DNA of 35,030 bases from Verrucomicrobiota bacterium (GTDB lineage: Bacteria; Verrucomicrobiota; Lentisphaeria; Lentisphaerales; Lentisphaeraceae), in contig JBDKFG010000055.1 in NCBI GenBank assembly GCA_039798785.1, positions 1-35,030 of the forward strand, in the 5' to 3' direction. Positions 8,685 to 17,867 of this stretch are shown one piece after another (positions within the stretch are counted from its first letter, which is position 1; every line of letters starts with the position of its first letter). A program made the position numbers and the translations under genes. The notes below the pieces were generated by a model. It saw only the letters and a program-made list of their open reading frames with translations, was not told where the DNA came from and searched no databases.

Positions 8685-10625
8685 ATGCTGACCTTCCGCG
8701 ACGTGCGCAAATCCTACTCCGGCCGCTTCGTCCTCGACGACGCCTCGTTCTCGGTCTTCGACGGCGAACGGGCCGGCCTGGTCGGCCCCAACGGCGCCGG
8801 CAAGTCGACCATCTTCCGCATCCTCACCGGCGACCTATCGCCCGACAAAGGCGACTTCAATCTCCCCAAGAACACCCGCCTCGGCCATCTCCGCCAGCAG
8901 TTCGACCGCGCCTCGCTCGAGCTGCCCGCCCTCGAATACACCACCTGCGCCCTGCCGCGGCTCGAAGAGATCGACGCCGAGATGCACCGGATCTCCGAGA
9001 AGCTCGCCGGGGAAAGCGGCGACAGCAAGGCGCAACTGGTCACCCGCCTCGGCATCCTCCAGCACGAATTCGAGGCCCTCGGCGGCTACGAGATGGAGTC
9101 GCGCGCCCGCATCGCCCTCGCCGGCCTCGGCTTCAGCGACGAGGATTTCGCCCGGCCCCTGAAGGAATTCTCCGGCGGCTGGCAGATGCGCTGCGAACTC
9201 GCCCGGGTGATCATCGCCGACCCCGATCTGCTCCTCCTCGACGAACCGACCAACTATCTCGACGTGCCCGCGATCGAATGGCTGCAGGAACGCCTGCAAG
9301 CCTACCGCGGCACCATGATCCTGATCTCCCACGACCGCTACCTCCTCAACCGCCTCTGCGACGTCATCCTCGATCTCAACGGCGGCAAGGTGACCCGCTG
9401 GCCCGGCAACTACGAGGCCTTCGTCAAAGGCCGGGCCGAACGGATCAAGCAGCTCGAGTCGCAGGCCAAAGCGGTCGAAGACCGCCGCGAGAAACTCGAA
9501 TCCTTCGTCGACCGCTTCAAGGCCACCGCCACCAAGGCCGCCGCCGCCCGCTCGAAGATGCGCGAACTCGAAAAGCTCGAAGACGTCGAAGTGCCGGTGA
9601 TCGTCGCCAGCGGCGCCCGCATCCGCCTCGCCAAGCCGGCGCGCAGCTCGCCCACCGTCGTCGAACTCGAAAACATGGGCAAGTCCTACGACGGCAAACG
9701 CTGGATCTACAACGACATCAGCCTCACCGTCAACGATGGCGACAAGGTCGGCATCGTCGGCACCAACGGCATGGGCAAGTCGACCCTGATGCGGATCATG
9801 TCCGGCCAGATCGCGATCGAGAAGGGCAAGCGCCGGGTCGGCGCCAACGTCCAGATGGGCTATCACTCGCAGGACTACACCGAGACCATGGACCCCGGCC
9901 GCACCGTTTACGACACGGTCAAACACGCCGCTCCCTTCATGCCCGAGCAGGAGGTGCGCAACATGCTCGGCGGCTTCGGCTTCCGCGGCATCGACGTGGA
10001 CAAGACGGTGGGAGTCCTCTCCGGTGGCGAGAAGGTTCGCCTCTCCCTGTCGAAATTGCTGGTCGACCCGCCCAACTTCCTCCTCCTCGACGAACCGACG
10101 ACGCACTTGGACATCCAGTCGCGCGAGGCCTTGCAGGAGGCCTTGAAGGAGTTCGAAGGAACGCTTTGCCTGGTCAGTCACGACATCGAGTTCCTCGCCG
10201 GGGTGGCGGAAGTGATCTTCGAGGTGTCGCCGCGCGGCCTCCGCAAATTCTTCGGCGACTACGCCTATTATCGCCGCAAGCTGAAGGAAGAGGCCGCGAT
10301 CGCGCCGACGCCAGTCAAGGGCAAGGCTGGCGAAAGCACCCCGGCCGAGCCGGCGGGCCGCAAGGACCAGCGCCGCGAAGAAGCCCAGCAGCGGCAGGAA
10401 CTGGCGAAGAAAAAAGGCCCTTTGAAGAAGAAGGTCGAGGCCCTGGAAAAACAGCTCGCCGAATTCGACACCGAAGAGGCCAAGTTGACCGGGGAATTCG
10501 CCGATTCGCCGAGCTCTTCCCGGGTGATCGAGATCAACCGCCGCCTCGCCGAGATCCAGAAGCAGCGCCCTTTGGTCGAAGCCGATTGGGAAGCCGCCGC
10601 GACCGAGCTGGAGGGGATGGGATGA
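8685..10625 (+). CDS. ABC-F family ATPase (YheS/Uup-like, 646 aa)
   Basis: Two ABC domains (GPNGAGKST/FSGGW/LLLDEPTN and GTNGMGKST/LSGGE/LLLDEPTT), an interdomain linker, a C-terminal coiled coil and no TM; GGAG RBS before ATG 8685. Confidence 0.95.
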   Translation: MLTFRDVRKSYSGRFVLDDASFSVFDGERAGLVGPNGAGKSTIFRILTGDLSPDKGDFNLPKNTRLGHLRQQFDRASLELPALEYTTCALPRLEEIDAEMHRISEKLAGESGDSKAQLVTRLGILQHEFEALGGYEMESRARIALAGLGFSDEDFARPLKEFSGGWQMRCELARVIIADPDLLLLDEPTNYLDVPAIEWLQERLQAYRGTMILISHDRYLLNRLCDVILDLNGGKVTRWPGNYEAFVKGRAERIKQLESQAKAVEDRREKLESFVDRFKATATKAAAARSKMRELEKLEDVEVPVIVASGARIRLAKPARSSPTVVELENMGKSYDGKRWIYNDISLTVNDGDKVGIVGTNGMGKSTLMRIMSGQIAIEKGKRRVGANVQMGYHSQDYTETMDPGRTVYDTVKHAAPFMPEQEVRNMLGGFGFRGIDVDKTVGVLSGGEKVRLSLSKLLVDPPNFLLLDEPTTHLDIQSREALQEALKEFEGTLCLVSHDIEFLAGVAEVIFEVSPRGLRKFFGDYAYYRRKLKEEAAIAPTPVKGKAGESTPAEPAGRKDQRREEAQQRQELAKKKGPLKKKVEALEKQLAEFDTEEAKLTGEFADSPSSSRVIEINRRLAEIQKQRPLVEADWEAAATELEGMG

Positions 10626-11180
10626 GTAATAAGCGGCCTCTCAACGCCCTGGGATGCAGATCGCTTCGATGGATTGGCGGTTTTCTTTTGCTCATAGCTT
10701 TGGTATTCGGAGTCAAACACGCCGTTTTTGTCAGTCATGCTATCAAGACAAACGCGGTTGTGAGCGAGATGAAGAAATCATATGGGAAAGGCAGCCGCTA
10801 CTCAATTCGGCCCGCCTTCTATTTTTTCGATCAGCAAGGCCGGATCCAGCATGGGCAAACTTCGATAAGTTCTAGTGATTGGGATTTCCAGATCGGCTCG
10901 CACATTCCGGTCTACTACGATCCCGCCGATCCTAACAATAACGAGATCGACTGTTTTAAAACCTTGTGGCTGCTCCCGTGCCTCTTCGGATTCATCGGCC
11001 TCGTGATTCTCATCATCGGCATCTTCCACCCCGCTTCGTCAATGAGAAGGAAATCCTGAGTCCTGTCCATGGCCTGGCATGTGAATAGGATTCCTCCTCT
11101 TGATCCCACTCGGCAGTCGACGGTTAATCTATTCTCGCTGCCGATTGGGAAGCCGCCGCGACCGAGCTGGAGGGGATGGG
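10581..11180 (+). repeat. 41-bp exact direct repeat of the ABC-F 3' end flanking the DUF3592-like gene
   Basis: GCCGATTGGGAAGCCGCCGCGACCGAGCTGGAGGGGATGGG at 10581-10621 and 11140-11180. Confidence 0.95.
10622..11059 (+). CDS. DUF3592-like membrane protein (145 aa, lower GC)
   Basis: N- and C-terminal TM segments and a G..IPVYYDPADP motif; ATGA overlap with the ABC-F stop. Confidence 0.75.
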   Translation: MSNKRPLNALGCRSLRWIGGFLLLIALVFGVKHAVFVSHAIKTNAVVSEMKKSYGKGSRYSIRPAFYFFDQQGRIQHGQTSISSSDWDFQIGSHIPVYYDPADPNNNEIDCFKTLWLLPCLFGFIGLVILIIGIFHPASSMRRKS

Positions 11181-11187
11181 GTGATCC

Positions 11188-12057
11188 TCAGGCTTCGGGT
11201 GCGCCGATGCGCTGCGACTTGGCCGAAGCCTGGCGGCGCAGGGCTTCAAGCACGTCCATCTGGGCGTCGATGTGGTGACTGAGGGATTTCTTCGCCGCCT
11301 CGAGATCCTTTCGGAGGATGGCGTCGAGAATGTCAACGTGCTCACCGGCCATGGTGGCGATCTGCGGCGTAGTGGCAGCGGCATGATTGAGGATGACGTG
11401 GAAGTAGGCGCCGAAGGTCTCGAAGAAGCGGACGATGTATTCATTGCCACAGCTGCCGATCCACAGATCGTGGAGATCGTCGTTCATCTGCGGTTGACCG
11501 CTAAAATCCGGACGGTTGGCGTCGCGGATGAGGGCAGCCCGAGCCAGGTCGATGCGCGGCCAGGCGAGCTCCAGGGCGTGAAGCTCGAGGATCTTGCGGA
11601 TGTCGAGATAGGAAGCGAGTTCCTCGTTGCGGAAAGGCCGGAGGCTCCAGCCGCGGCGGGGAAGCATTTCCAGCAGCCCCTCCGAGGCGAGGTTGGCGAA
11701 AATGCGACGCAGCATCGAGCGACCGATGTCGTAGGCCTTCGCGGTCTCGACCTCGCGGACGAACTCCGGCTCGCGAATCGCCAGGCTGCGCAGGATGATA
11801 TCGTTGCGCAGCAGCTCTTCAGTGCTGGCTGCGGGAGTGCCAAGGGGTGCCCTTGGCAGCTGGGCGGCAGGACGCATCCGGCCGGACTCCAGGCGGCGGA
11901 CAAATCCGCCCTCCTCAAGCAGGAACATCGCCTCGCGTGCCGGGGTCAGGGAAACCTCGTAGAAAGTCGCCGCCCCCTGCAGAGTCAAAGGAAAGTCGAG
12001 CTTTCCGTCGAGAATGCGGCGCGACATGTCGATGGCGATCTTCTGCGACAATTTCAT
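11188..12057 (-). CDS. GntR family regulator with tandem wHTH domains and an FCD domain
   Basis: First HTH VSLTPAREA, second HTH IGRSMLRR..LASEGLLEMLPRRGW, and FCD signatures (LH..W, GN, EH..I.DAI, HI). Confidence 0.85.
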   Translation of the reverse strand: MKLSQKIAIDMSRRILDGKLDFPLTLQGAATFYEVSLTPAREAMFLLEEGGFVRRLESGRMRPAAQLPRAPLGTPAASTEELLRNDIILRSLAIREPEFVREVETAKAYDIGRSMLRRIFANLASEGLLEMLPRRGWSLRPFRNEELASYLDIRKILELHALELAWPRIDLARAALIRDANRPDFSGQPQMNDDLHDLWIGSCGNEYIVRFFETFGAYFHVILNHAAATTPQIATMAGEHVDILDAILRKDLEAAKKSLSHHIDAQMDVLEALRRQASAKSQRIGAPEA

Positions 12058-12105
12058 CTCTAGGCTCCGTTACGTTTGAAATCCGGGAGTTCGGCTGCGG
12101 CTGGA

Positions 12106-13980
12106 TCAGGCTTCATCCCGCAGCTCTTCGCCTTGCCGGAAGAGGCGGGCGGAGTTGAGGACGACGGCGAGGGCGCCGACGACTTGCAGCAGGGCTGCGA
12201 CCACCGGAGAGAGCAGCCCCATGGCGCCGAGGACGACGCCGCCGCCGATGATCAGCGCGCCGAGCAGGAAGTTCTGCAGGATGGCAAGGCGCATCGAGCG
12301 GGCGAGCTGGAGGAGGAAGGGCAGGCGGTCGAGGCGGTTGTTCATCAAGGCGACCGAGGCCGACTCCATCGCCAGATCGCTGGCCGCGGCGCCCATGGCG
12401 ACGCCGATGTCGGCGCTGGCCAGGGCAGGACCGTCGTTGACGCCGTCGCCGACGAAGACGACGCGCAAACCCTGCTCCTTCAGCTCGTTGATGCGGGCGA
12501 CCTTGTCGACCGGCGAACAGCCGCCGTGCGAACTGTCGAGATCGAGTCCGGCGGCGATGGTGCTGACCACCGCCTGGCGGTCGCCGGAGACGATGGCGGT
12601 GCGGCGGACTCCTGCAGCGCGAAGGTCTTCCAGGCAGGCCTTCGATTCGTCGCGCAAGGCGTCGGAGAGGCCGAGGAAGCCGAGGGGGTGGCCGTCCTGG
12701 ACGATGAAGAGCAGGCTCATCGCCTGGGCGGCATCGTGGGCAAGATGTCCGAAATCCTCTTCCTGATGCCCTTTGTCAAGCATCCACGCGAGATTGCCGG
12801 CGAGGATCTCCGAATCCCTCCAGGTCACCAGCATGCCTCGTCCCGGCTCTTCGTGCAGCGAATCGGGCGAGGGCACATTGACCTTGGCCTGGCGGGCCAG
12901 GTCGCGGATGGCCCGGGCGACCGGGTGGGTCGAGCCGGCCTCGGCGACGGCGGCGGCCTTGAGGAGGGCGAGTTCGTCGATCCCGGGAAGCGGCTTGAGC
13001 AGTGCGACCTGGAGTTCACCGCGGGTGAGGGTGCCGGTCTTGTCGAAGACGAAGGCCTCGGCGCGGGCCAGGGCCTCGAGGTGCGACACGTCCTTGAAGA
13101 GGACCCCGAGGCGGGCGGCGGCGGAGAGAGCGGCGACCACCGCGGTCGGCGTGCTGAGGATGAGGGCGATCGGGCAGCAAGCGACCATCACCGAGACGAA
13201 GCGGGAGGAAACATCGGGCTCGCTGCGGTTGAAGAAGAGAACGGCCGCACAAAGACAGAGGACGAGAGGGACGTAATGGCGGGTGTAGCGATCGACCAGA
13301 CGGATGAAGGGAAGGCGCGTCGCTTCGGCCTTCAGGATCAGATCGCGGACGCGTCCGAGGGTGGTGTCCTCGCCGGCGCGGCGGACGCGATAGTCGAGCA
13401 TGCCACTGAGGTTGCGGGTGCCGGCGAAGACTGGCGACCCCTCCTGCTTGTCCACCGGCAAGGCCTCGCCGGAGATGCTGGCTTCATCAATCGAGCTGCG
13501 GCCTCGTACCACTTCGCCATCGGCGTGCAAGGTGTCGCCGGGCAGGGCGCGGACGATGTCATCGACCTTCAAGGTGGCGGGGTCGACCTCGGTCTCCTGG
13601 CCCTCGGGACCGATGCGGCGGGCCCGTCCGGGTGTGAGGCGGGCCAGGGCTTCGAGCGAGCCTTTGGCGCCGGCGGCTGTCTTGCCTTCGATCAGCAACG
13701 CGAGATTCATGAAGAGCGCGACGCAGGCAGAAGTGACCAGATCCCCGAGGGCGCAGGAAGCGAGCACGGCGAGTACAGCAAGCTCATGCATCTTGGTTTC
13801 GCCTCGCTTCCAGTCGCGTGCGACGGCGAGGCCAAGAGGGAAGAGCAGGGCAATGACGGCAAGTCCGGCGGCAAGCGCGGAGGAGAAGCCTCCGTCGTCG
13901 ACGCTGGCGCTAAGGATGAAGGCGTTGGCTGTGAGGACGCCGCCAGCGGCCAGGCATATGAGACTGCGTTGATTGCTCAC
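12106..13980 (-). CDS. Heavy-metal-translocating P1B-type ATPase (about 624 aa, no N-terminal metal-binding domain)
   Basis: SGE, DKTGTLT, HP and GDGVNDGPAL motifs with a CCPIAL TM motif; GTG at 13980 preceded by GGGAG. Confidence 0.92.
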   Translation of the reverse strand: MSNQRSLICLAAGGVLTANAFILSASVDDGGFSSALAAGLAVIALLFPLGLAVARDWKRGETKMHELAVLAVLASCALGDLVTSACVALFMNLALLIEGKTAAGAKGSLEALARLTPGRARRIGPEGQETEVDPATLKVDDIVRALPGDTLHADGEVVRGRSSIDEASISGEALPVDKQEGSPVFAGTRNLSGMLDYRVRRAGEDTTLGRVRDLILKAEATRLPFIRLVDRYTRHYVPLVLCLCAAVLFFNRSEPDVSSRFVSVMVACCPIALILSTPTAVVAALSAAARLGVLFKDVSHLEALARAEAFVFDKTGTLTRGELQVALLKPLPGIDELALLKAAAVAEAGSTHPVARAIRDLARQAKVNVPSPDSLHEEPGRGMLVTWRDSEILAGNLAWMLDKGHQEEDFGHLAHDAAQAMSLLFIVQDGHPLGFLGLSDALRDESKACLEDLRAAGVRRTAIVSGDRQAVVSTIAAGLDLDSSHGGCSPVDKVARINELKEQGLRVVFVGDGVNDGPALASADIGVAMGAAASDLAMESASVALMNNRLDRLPFLLQLARSMRLAILQNFLLGALIIGGGVVLGAMGLLSPVVAALLQVVGALAVVLNSARLFRQGEELRDEA

Positions 13981-14113
13981 AATGTGAAGCTCCCGTAAAG
14001 TTCCTGCGCAAGGTAAGCAGCGAAAACGGAATGGCAAGCTCAGCAAGGCGGAAGTGGGCTGAAGGCGTCTCGGAGGCAGCACCCAAAGGCCGGAAAGAAA
14101 TTCCGAAAAAAAC

Positions 14114-14143
14114 TTGCATTCGGCAGGAGATTAGTCGTACCTT
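14114..14143 (+). promoter_or_regulatory. Putative sigma70 promoter of the MoxR cluster
   Basis: TTGCAT-18 bp-TACCTT, preceded by an A7 tract. Confidence 0.35.
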
Positions 14144-14175
14144 GTCTGGCCCCAACCCAGCAAGCAAGGTCAAAA

Positions 14176-15138
14176 ATGAATCCCGAACAAGCCATCGCCC
14201 ATTGCGCCGCCATCCGCCGTGAACTCGCCAAGTCGGTCATCGGCCAGGAAGAGATCGTCCAGCAGCTCCTCGCCAGCCTCCTCGCCCGCGGCCACTGCCT
14301 CCTCGTCGGCGTCCCCGGCCTCGCCAAAACCTTGCTCGTCCGCTCCCTCGCCCAAACCCTCGGCGTCGACTTCAATCGCATCCAGTTCACCCCCGACCTG
14401 ATGCCGGCCGACATCATCGGCTCGGAAGTCGTCCGCGAACAGGCCGGCCGCCTCGAATTCGAATTCCGTCCCGGCCCGGTCTTCACCAGCCTGCTCCTCG
14501 CCGACGAAATCAACCGTACCCCGCCCAAGACCCAGTCGTCCCTCCTCGAAGCGATGCAGGAACGCCGCGTCACCGTCGCCGGCAAGACCCGCGATCTGCC
14601 CAGCCCCTTCCTCGTCGTCGCCACCCAGAACCCGATCGAACAGGAAGGCACCTACCCCCTCCCCGAAGCCCAGCTCGACCGATTCATGTTCTGCCTCCAC
14701 CTCGACTACCCCACCCCCGCCGAAGAACGCGAAGTCGTCCGCCGCACCACCTCGGGGGTCGAACAGACTCCTTTCCGGGTCATCGGAGCCGAAGAGATCC
14801 TGGCTCTGCAGGCCCTGGTCCACGACATGCCGGTGCCCGATCCGGTCCTCGACGCGGCGGTGAAACTCGCCGGCGCCACCCGTCCCGCCAGTCCCGGCGC
14901 CGCAGCTTGCGCCAAGGAGTTCCTGCAGTGGGGTGCCGGTCCCCGCGCCTCGCAATGCCTGGTCCTCGGTGCCAAGGCCAACGCCCTCCTCGAAGGCCGG
15001 GTCGTGCCGGAATTGCGCGATGTCCGCGCCGTCGCCCCCGCCGTCCTCGCCCACCGCGTCGTCCTCAACTACAAAGCCACCGGCCAGGGCATCACCCAGG
15101 CTGGCTTGATCAAGCGCCTGCTCGAAGAAGTCCGCTGA
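14176..15138 (+). CDS. MoxR-family AAA+ ATPase
   Basis: GVPGLAKT, RIQFTPDLMPAD, LADEINRTPPKTQSSLLEAMQE and NPIEQEGTYPLPEAQLDRF. Confidence 0.97.
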   Translation: MNPEQAIAHCAAIRRELAKSVIGQEEIVQQLLASLLARGHCLLVGVPGLAKTLLVRSLAQTLGVDFNRIQFTPDLMPADIIGSEVVREQAGRLEFEFRPGPVFTSLLLADEINRTPPKTQSSLLEAMQERRVTVAGKTRDLPSPFLVVATQNPIEQEGTYPLPEAQLDRFMFCLHLDYPTPAEEREVVRRTTSGVEQTPFRVIGAEEILALQALVHDMPVPDPVLDAAVKLAGATRPASPGAAACAKEFLQWGAGPRASQCLVLGAKANALLEGRVVPELRDVRAVAPAVLAHRVVLNYKATGQGITQAGLIKRLLEEVR

Positions 15139-15152
15139 GCCGGGCCGCTCCC

Positions 15153-16043
15153 ATGGCTAAACCCAGCCCCTCGCCGCTGCTCGATGTCGAGACCTTGGAG
15201 CGCTTCTCCAATCTCATGATCTTCGCCCGCAGCACCGTCGACGGCTACTTCGCCGGCCGCCACAAAGCCCGCGGCTACGGATCCTCGGCGCAGTTCCGCG
15301 ACTACCAGGCCTACGAACCGGGAATGGACCCCAGCCGCATCGACTGGCGCCTCTACGCCCGCAACCGCCGCCTCTACTCCCGCCGCTTCGACAACGAGAC
15401 GGACATGAGCATCCATCTGCTCGTCGACTGCTCCGCTTCGATGGCCTACCCGAAGCAGGGGGAGTCGAAGTATTCGCTCGGCGCCAAGGTGGCCGCGGCC
15501 CTCGCCTACCTGTCGATCCGCCAGGGCGACAAGGTGTCGCTGACCACCTTCGGCGAAGGTCTGCGCGACTTCCACCAGCCGGGCGGCACCCGCCAGCACC
15601 TGATGGCGATGCTGAACTCTCTTGAGCACGCCGCGCCGCAGGGCAAGACCTCGCTCACCGAGGCTCTCCATCAAGCTCACGGCCTGCTCAGCCGCCGCGG
15701 CCGCCTGGTGATCATCTCCGACTTCCAGCACCGCAGCCCCGACTTCCTCGAAGCTTTGTCGCTCTTCCAGCATCGCTCCTTCGACATCCTCCTGCTCCGC
15801 GTCCTCGCCGAAGACGAGCTCGAACTCCCTCTCTCCGGGCCGGTGCGATTCCAGGACATGGAAACCGGTGACGAGATCATCGCCGAACCCGCCGAGATCA
15901 GCGCCGCCTACGCCAAGCTCGCCGCCGAAGACACGGCCAAGCTCGCCGCCGAATGCGCCAACCGCGGCATCCAACACCACCTGCTGCCATCAACCTTGCC
16001 CTGGATCACGGCGATTGAATCGTTCTTGGGCGTGAAAAAATGA
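15153..16043 (+). CDS. DUF58 (VWA-like) MoxR partner protein (296 aa)
   Basis: G.H.....G.S..F.DY..Y.PG.D..RIDW, VDCSASM, IISDF and DMETG. Confidence 0.93.
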   Translation: MAKPSPSPLLDVETLERFSNLMIFARSTVDGYFAGRHKARGYGSSAQFRDYQAYEPGMDPSRIDWRLYARNRRLYSRRFDNETDMSIHLLVDCSASMAYPKQGESKYSLGAKVAAALAYLSIRQGDKVSLTTFGEGLRDFHQPGGTRQHLMAMLNSLEHAAPQGKTSLTEALHQAHGLLSRRGRLVIISDFQHRSPDFLEALSLFQHRSFDILLLRVLAEDELELPLSGPVRFQDMETGDEIIAEPAEISAAYAKLAAEDTAKLAAECANRGIQHHLLPSTLPWITAIESFLGVKK

Positions 16044-16061
16044 AGAGTTCACGACGGAGTC

Positions 16062-16165
16062 CCTGGGAGCGCCGGCTGCCAGCCGGTCCTTGTTCTGCGC
16101 TCGTCGCAAGGCGACAAACCCGGGAGCCCCGGCGTCCCGCCGGATGTTCTTCGCTCGTCGCAAAG
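16062..16165. repeat. REP-like cluster (GGAG-hairpin units)
   Basis: CCTGGGAGCGCCGGCTGCCAGCCGGT (16062-16087) is identical to 28706-28731. A degenerate copy GGGAGCCCCGGCGTCCCGCCGG follows, and each unit is trailed by GTTCT(G/T)CGCTCGTCGCAA. Confidence 0.7.
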
Positions 16166-16222
16166 CTGCACCTGCATCGCGACGTTCGCAAAAATCGTCC
16201 CCGATAAACTGAGGAAAAACAC

Positions 16223-17569
16223 ATGATCCCCCGCATGATCTCCGCCGCTTTTCTGATCCTCGCCATCGTCTCCTGCGACTTTGAGAAGGGCGAAACCACG
16301 ATGTCGATCCAGGACGGAAATCTGACCCGCGACACAAGCTTGGTGGTGAAGTCCAACGATCCCGATGGCAAGTCCATCGACAAGTCCCTCAGCGAAGAGC
16401 GCTTGAAAGAGTTGCGGGAACAGCTCGGCCCCACAGAACGCATAGAACAGGTCGGAGCGGCCACACACATCAGGAAGCCGCTCACCGGATTACAGGGCAA
16501 TGAATACGGCGGCAAGACCGGTTTCTACACCGTCAAAAGTGGCATGGGGGAGGCCCATCTTTACTTCGAACGGGTCTGGGGCGACGATAACCCGGCGCTT
16601 GAACTCGAAACCTGTTTCCGCGGCGTCGATCACGCGGCGGAGCTGCTCTGCAGCTTCCTAGATCGCGAACATCCGGGTCATGCAGAAGCCGCCAAAATCA
16701 AGGTCTTCATCCAAGGCGATTTGTCGCGGACCCTGAAGAACCTCATCACCTACCAGAAGATGTTCCCTAAAGAGAGCGACTTCTTCGCTCATGCCGGCGT
16801 CTACCTGGCAGAACATCATCATCTGAACCCGGAGAAGTTGGGCCAGATCATTCGCGACTTCCAGGACAAAGAATCTTTCGAATTCTTTAAGCTTTACGAA
16901 TTGCAAGGCAAAGACGGAGCCGGGCTACTGGGCTGGCTCGAAGTTGTGACTGCCTTACAGTTTCCCGAGGATGCCTCGTTGCAAACTTGGCTAGCAGGGC
17001 ACCCTCTGCTGGCCGACACTGCGAAGATGCAGGCACTTCTCAAAGAGAAAGCCACCGATCTCGACAAGGATTTCGAAGTGGCTCTGTTCGGCTGCAAACT
17101 ACCGGAATTCTGGCATCTCTTCGGCAATCACAAGAAGACTCAGGAGCTGACTCTCAATATTCCCGCAGGCATCGAGATCAAGAACATTCTCAGCAACGGC
17201 ACCATCGACGAAGTCAAGCGCCGCATCACCTGGAGCTACAAGGACGACGAACAGCCCTTGCCCGTCGCCTATGCCTACTGTTTCCGTGTCGATGAGTCTT
17301 TCCAGAAAGCCCATTTCGGGCGGGTTGTCGACTCCGGCGACATGATGCCGGAATATCTCAATTTCCTGTTCCTGATGAGTGCCGACGAGCGTCGCATCTG
17401 GGAAGAATTCCTGAGCTCGCTGAAGCCCGGCGACGACCTTGTCGCCAAGTGGACCGCTCGCGGAGTCAAGTGGCCGAAAAAGCTGCAATCAGAGATGGAC
17501 GGAGTCTTGCAGAGATGGAGTCAGCCGCCTGTCCCGGATCAGCCGAACCTCAAAAGCAAAGGCGAATGA
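16223..17569 (+). CDS. Hypothetical protein, probable lipoprotein (448 aa)
   Basis: Long ORF with a GAGG RBS and a signal peptide ending ..AIVS-C; lower GC than flanks. Confidence 0.8.
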   Translation: MIPRMISAAFLILAIVSCDFEKGETTMSIQDGNLTRDTSLVVKSNDPDGKSIDKSLSEERLKELREQLGPTERIEQVGAATHIRKPLTGLQGNEYGGKTGFYTVKSGMGEAHLYFERVWGDDNPALELETCFRGVDHAAELLCSFLDREHPGHAEAAKIKVFIQGDLSRTLKNLITYQKMFPKESDFFAHAGVYLAEHHHLNPEKLGQIIRDFQDKESFEFFKLYELQGKDGAGLLGWLEVVTALQFPEDASLQTWLAGHPLLADTAKMQALLKEKATDLDKDFEVALFGCKLPEFWHLFGNHKKTQELTLNIPAGIEIKNILSNGTIDEVKRRITWSYKDDEQPLPVAYAYCFRVDESFQKAHFGRVVDSGDMMPEYLNFLFLMSADERRIWEEFLSSLKPGDDLVAKWTARGVKWPKKLQSEMDGVLQRWSQPPVPDQPNLKSKGE

Positions 17570-17598
17570 TGATGAATTCTCCTGCACACCCCGGGAGT

Positions 17599-17839
17599 TT
17601 TGCGCTCGTCGCGAAGCGACAGAATGATTGTAGCCGGGGGGTTCAACCCCCGGTGCGCGGGGAATTGGATTTGGCGTCGCGGCAGCGACGCGGTGACATT
17701 CGCGCTCGGGCCACGGCCATTCGCGACACAAACGCCCAGATGTCATCCTGTCGCTTCGCGACGGCGTCTTCTTTTCGATCCTATCCGGGGGTTAAAACCC
17801 CCGGCTACAATCACACCGTCGCTTCGCGACGAGCGCAAA
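17599..17839. mobile_element. REPIN-like inverted-repeat element (241 bp) with GTAG-hairpin REPs
   Basis: Arms of about 55 bp at 17599-17653 and 17785-17839 (TTTGCGCTCGTCGCGAAGCGAC..TGATTGTAGCCGGGGG..AACCCCCGG); flanked by 20-bp near-identical direct repeats at 17557-17576 and 17859-17878. Confidence 0.85.
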
Positions 17840-17867
17840 GCTGGACCCATCTCCAATACAAAGGCGA

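Noticed and set aside
4304..10625. Apparent N-terminal extensions or fusions in the ORF track (hemerythrin 299 aa, TpiA 417 aa, DoxX 430 aa, ABC-F 765 aa, DUF3592 802 aa)
   Set aside because: The extensions overlap other genes; internal starts give family-typical lengths
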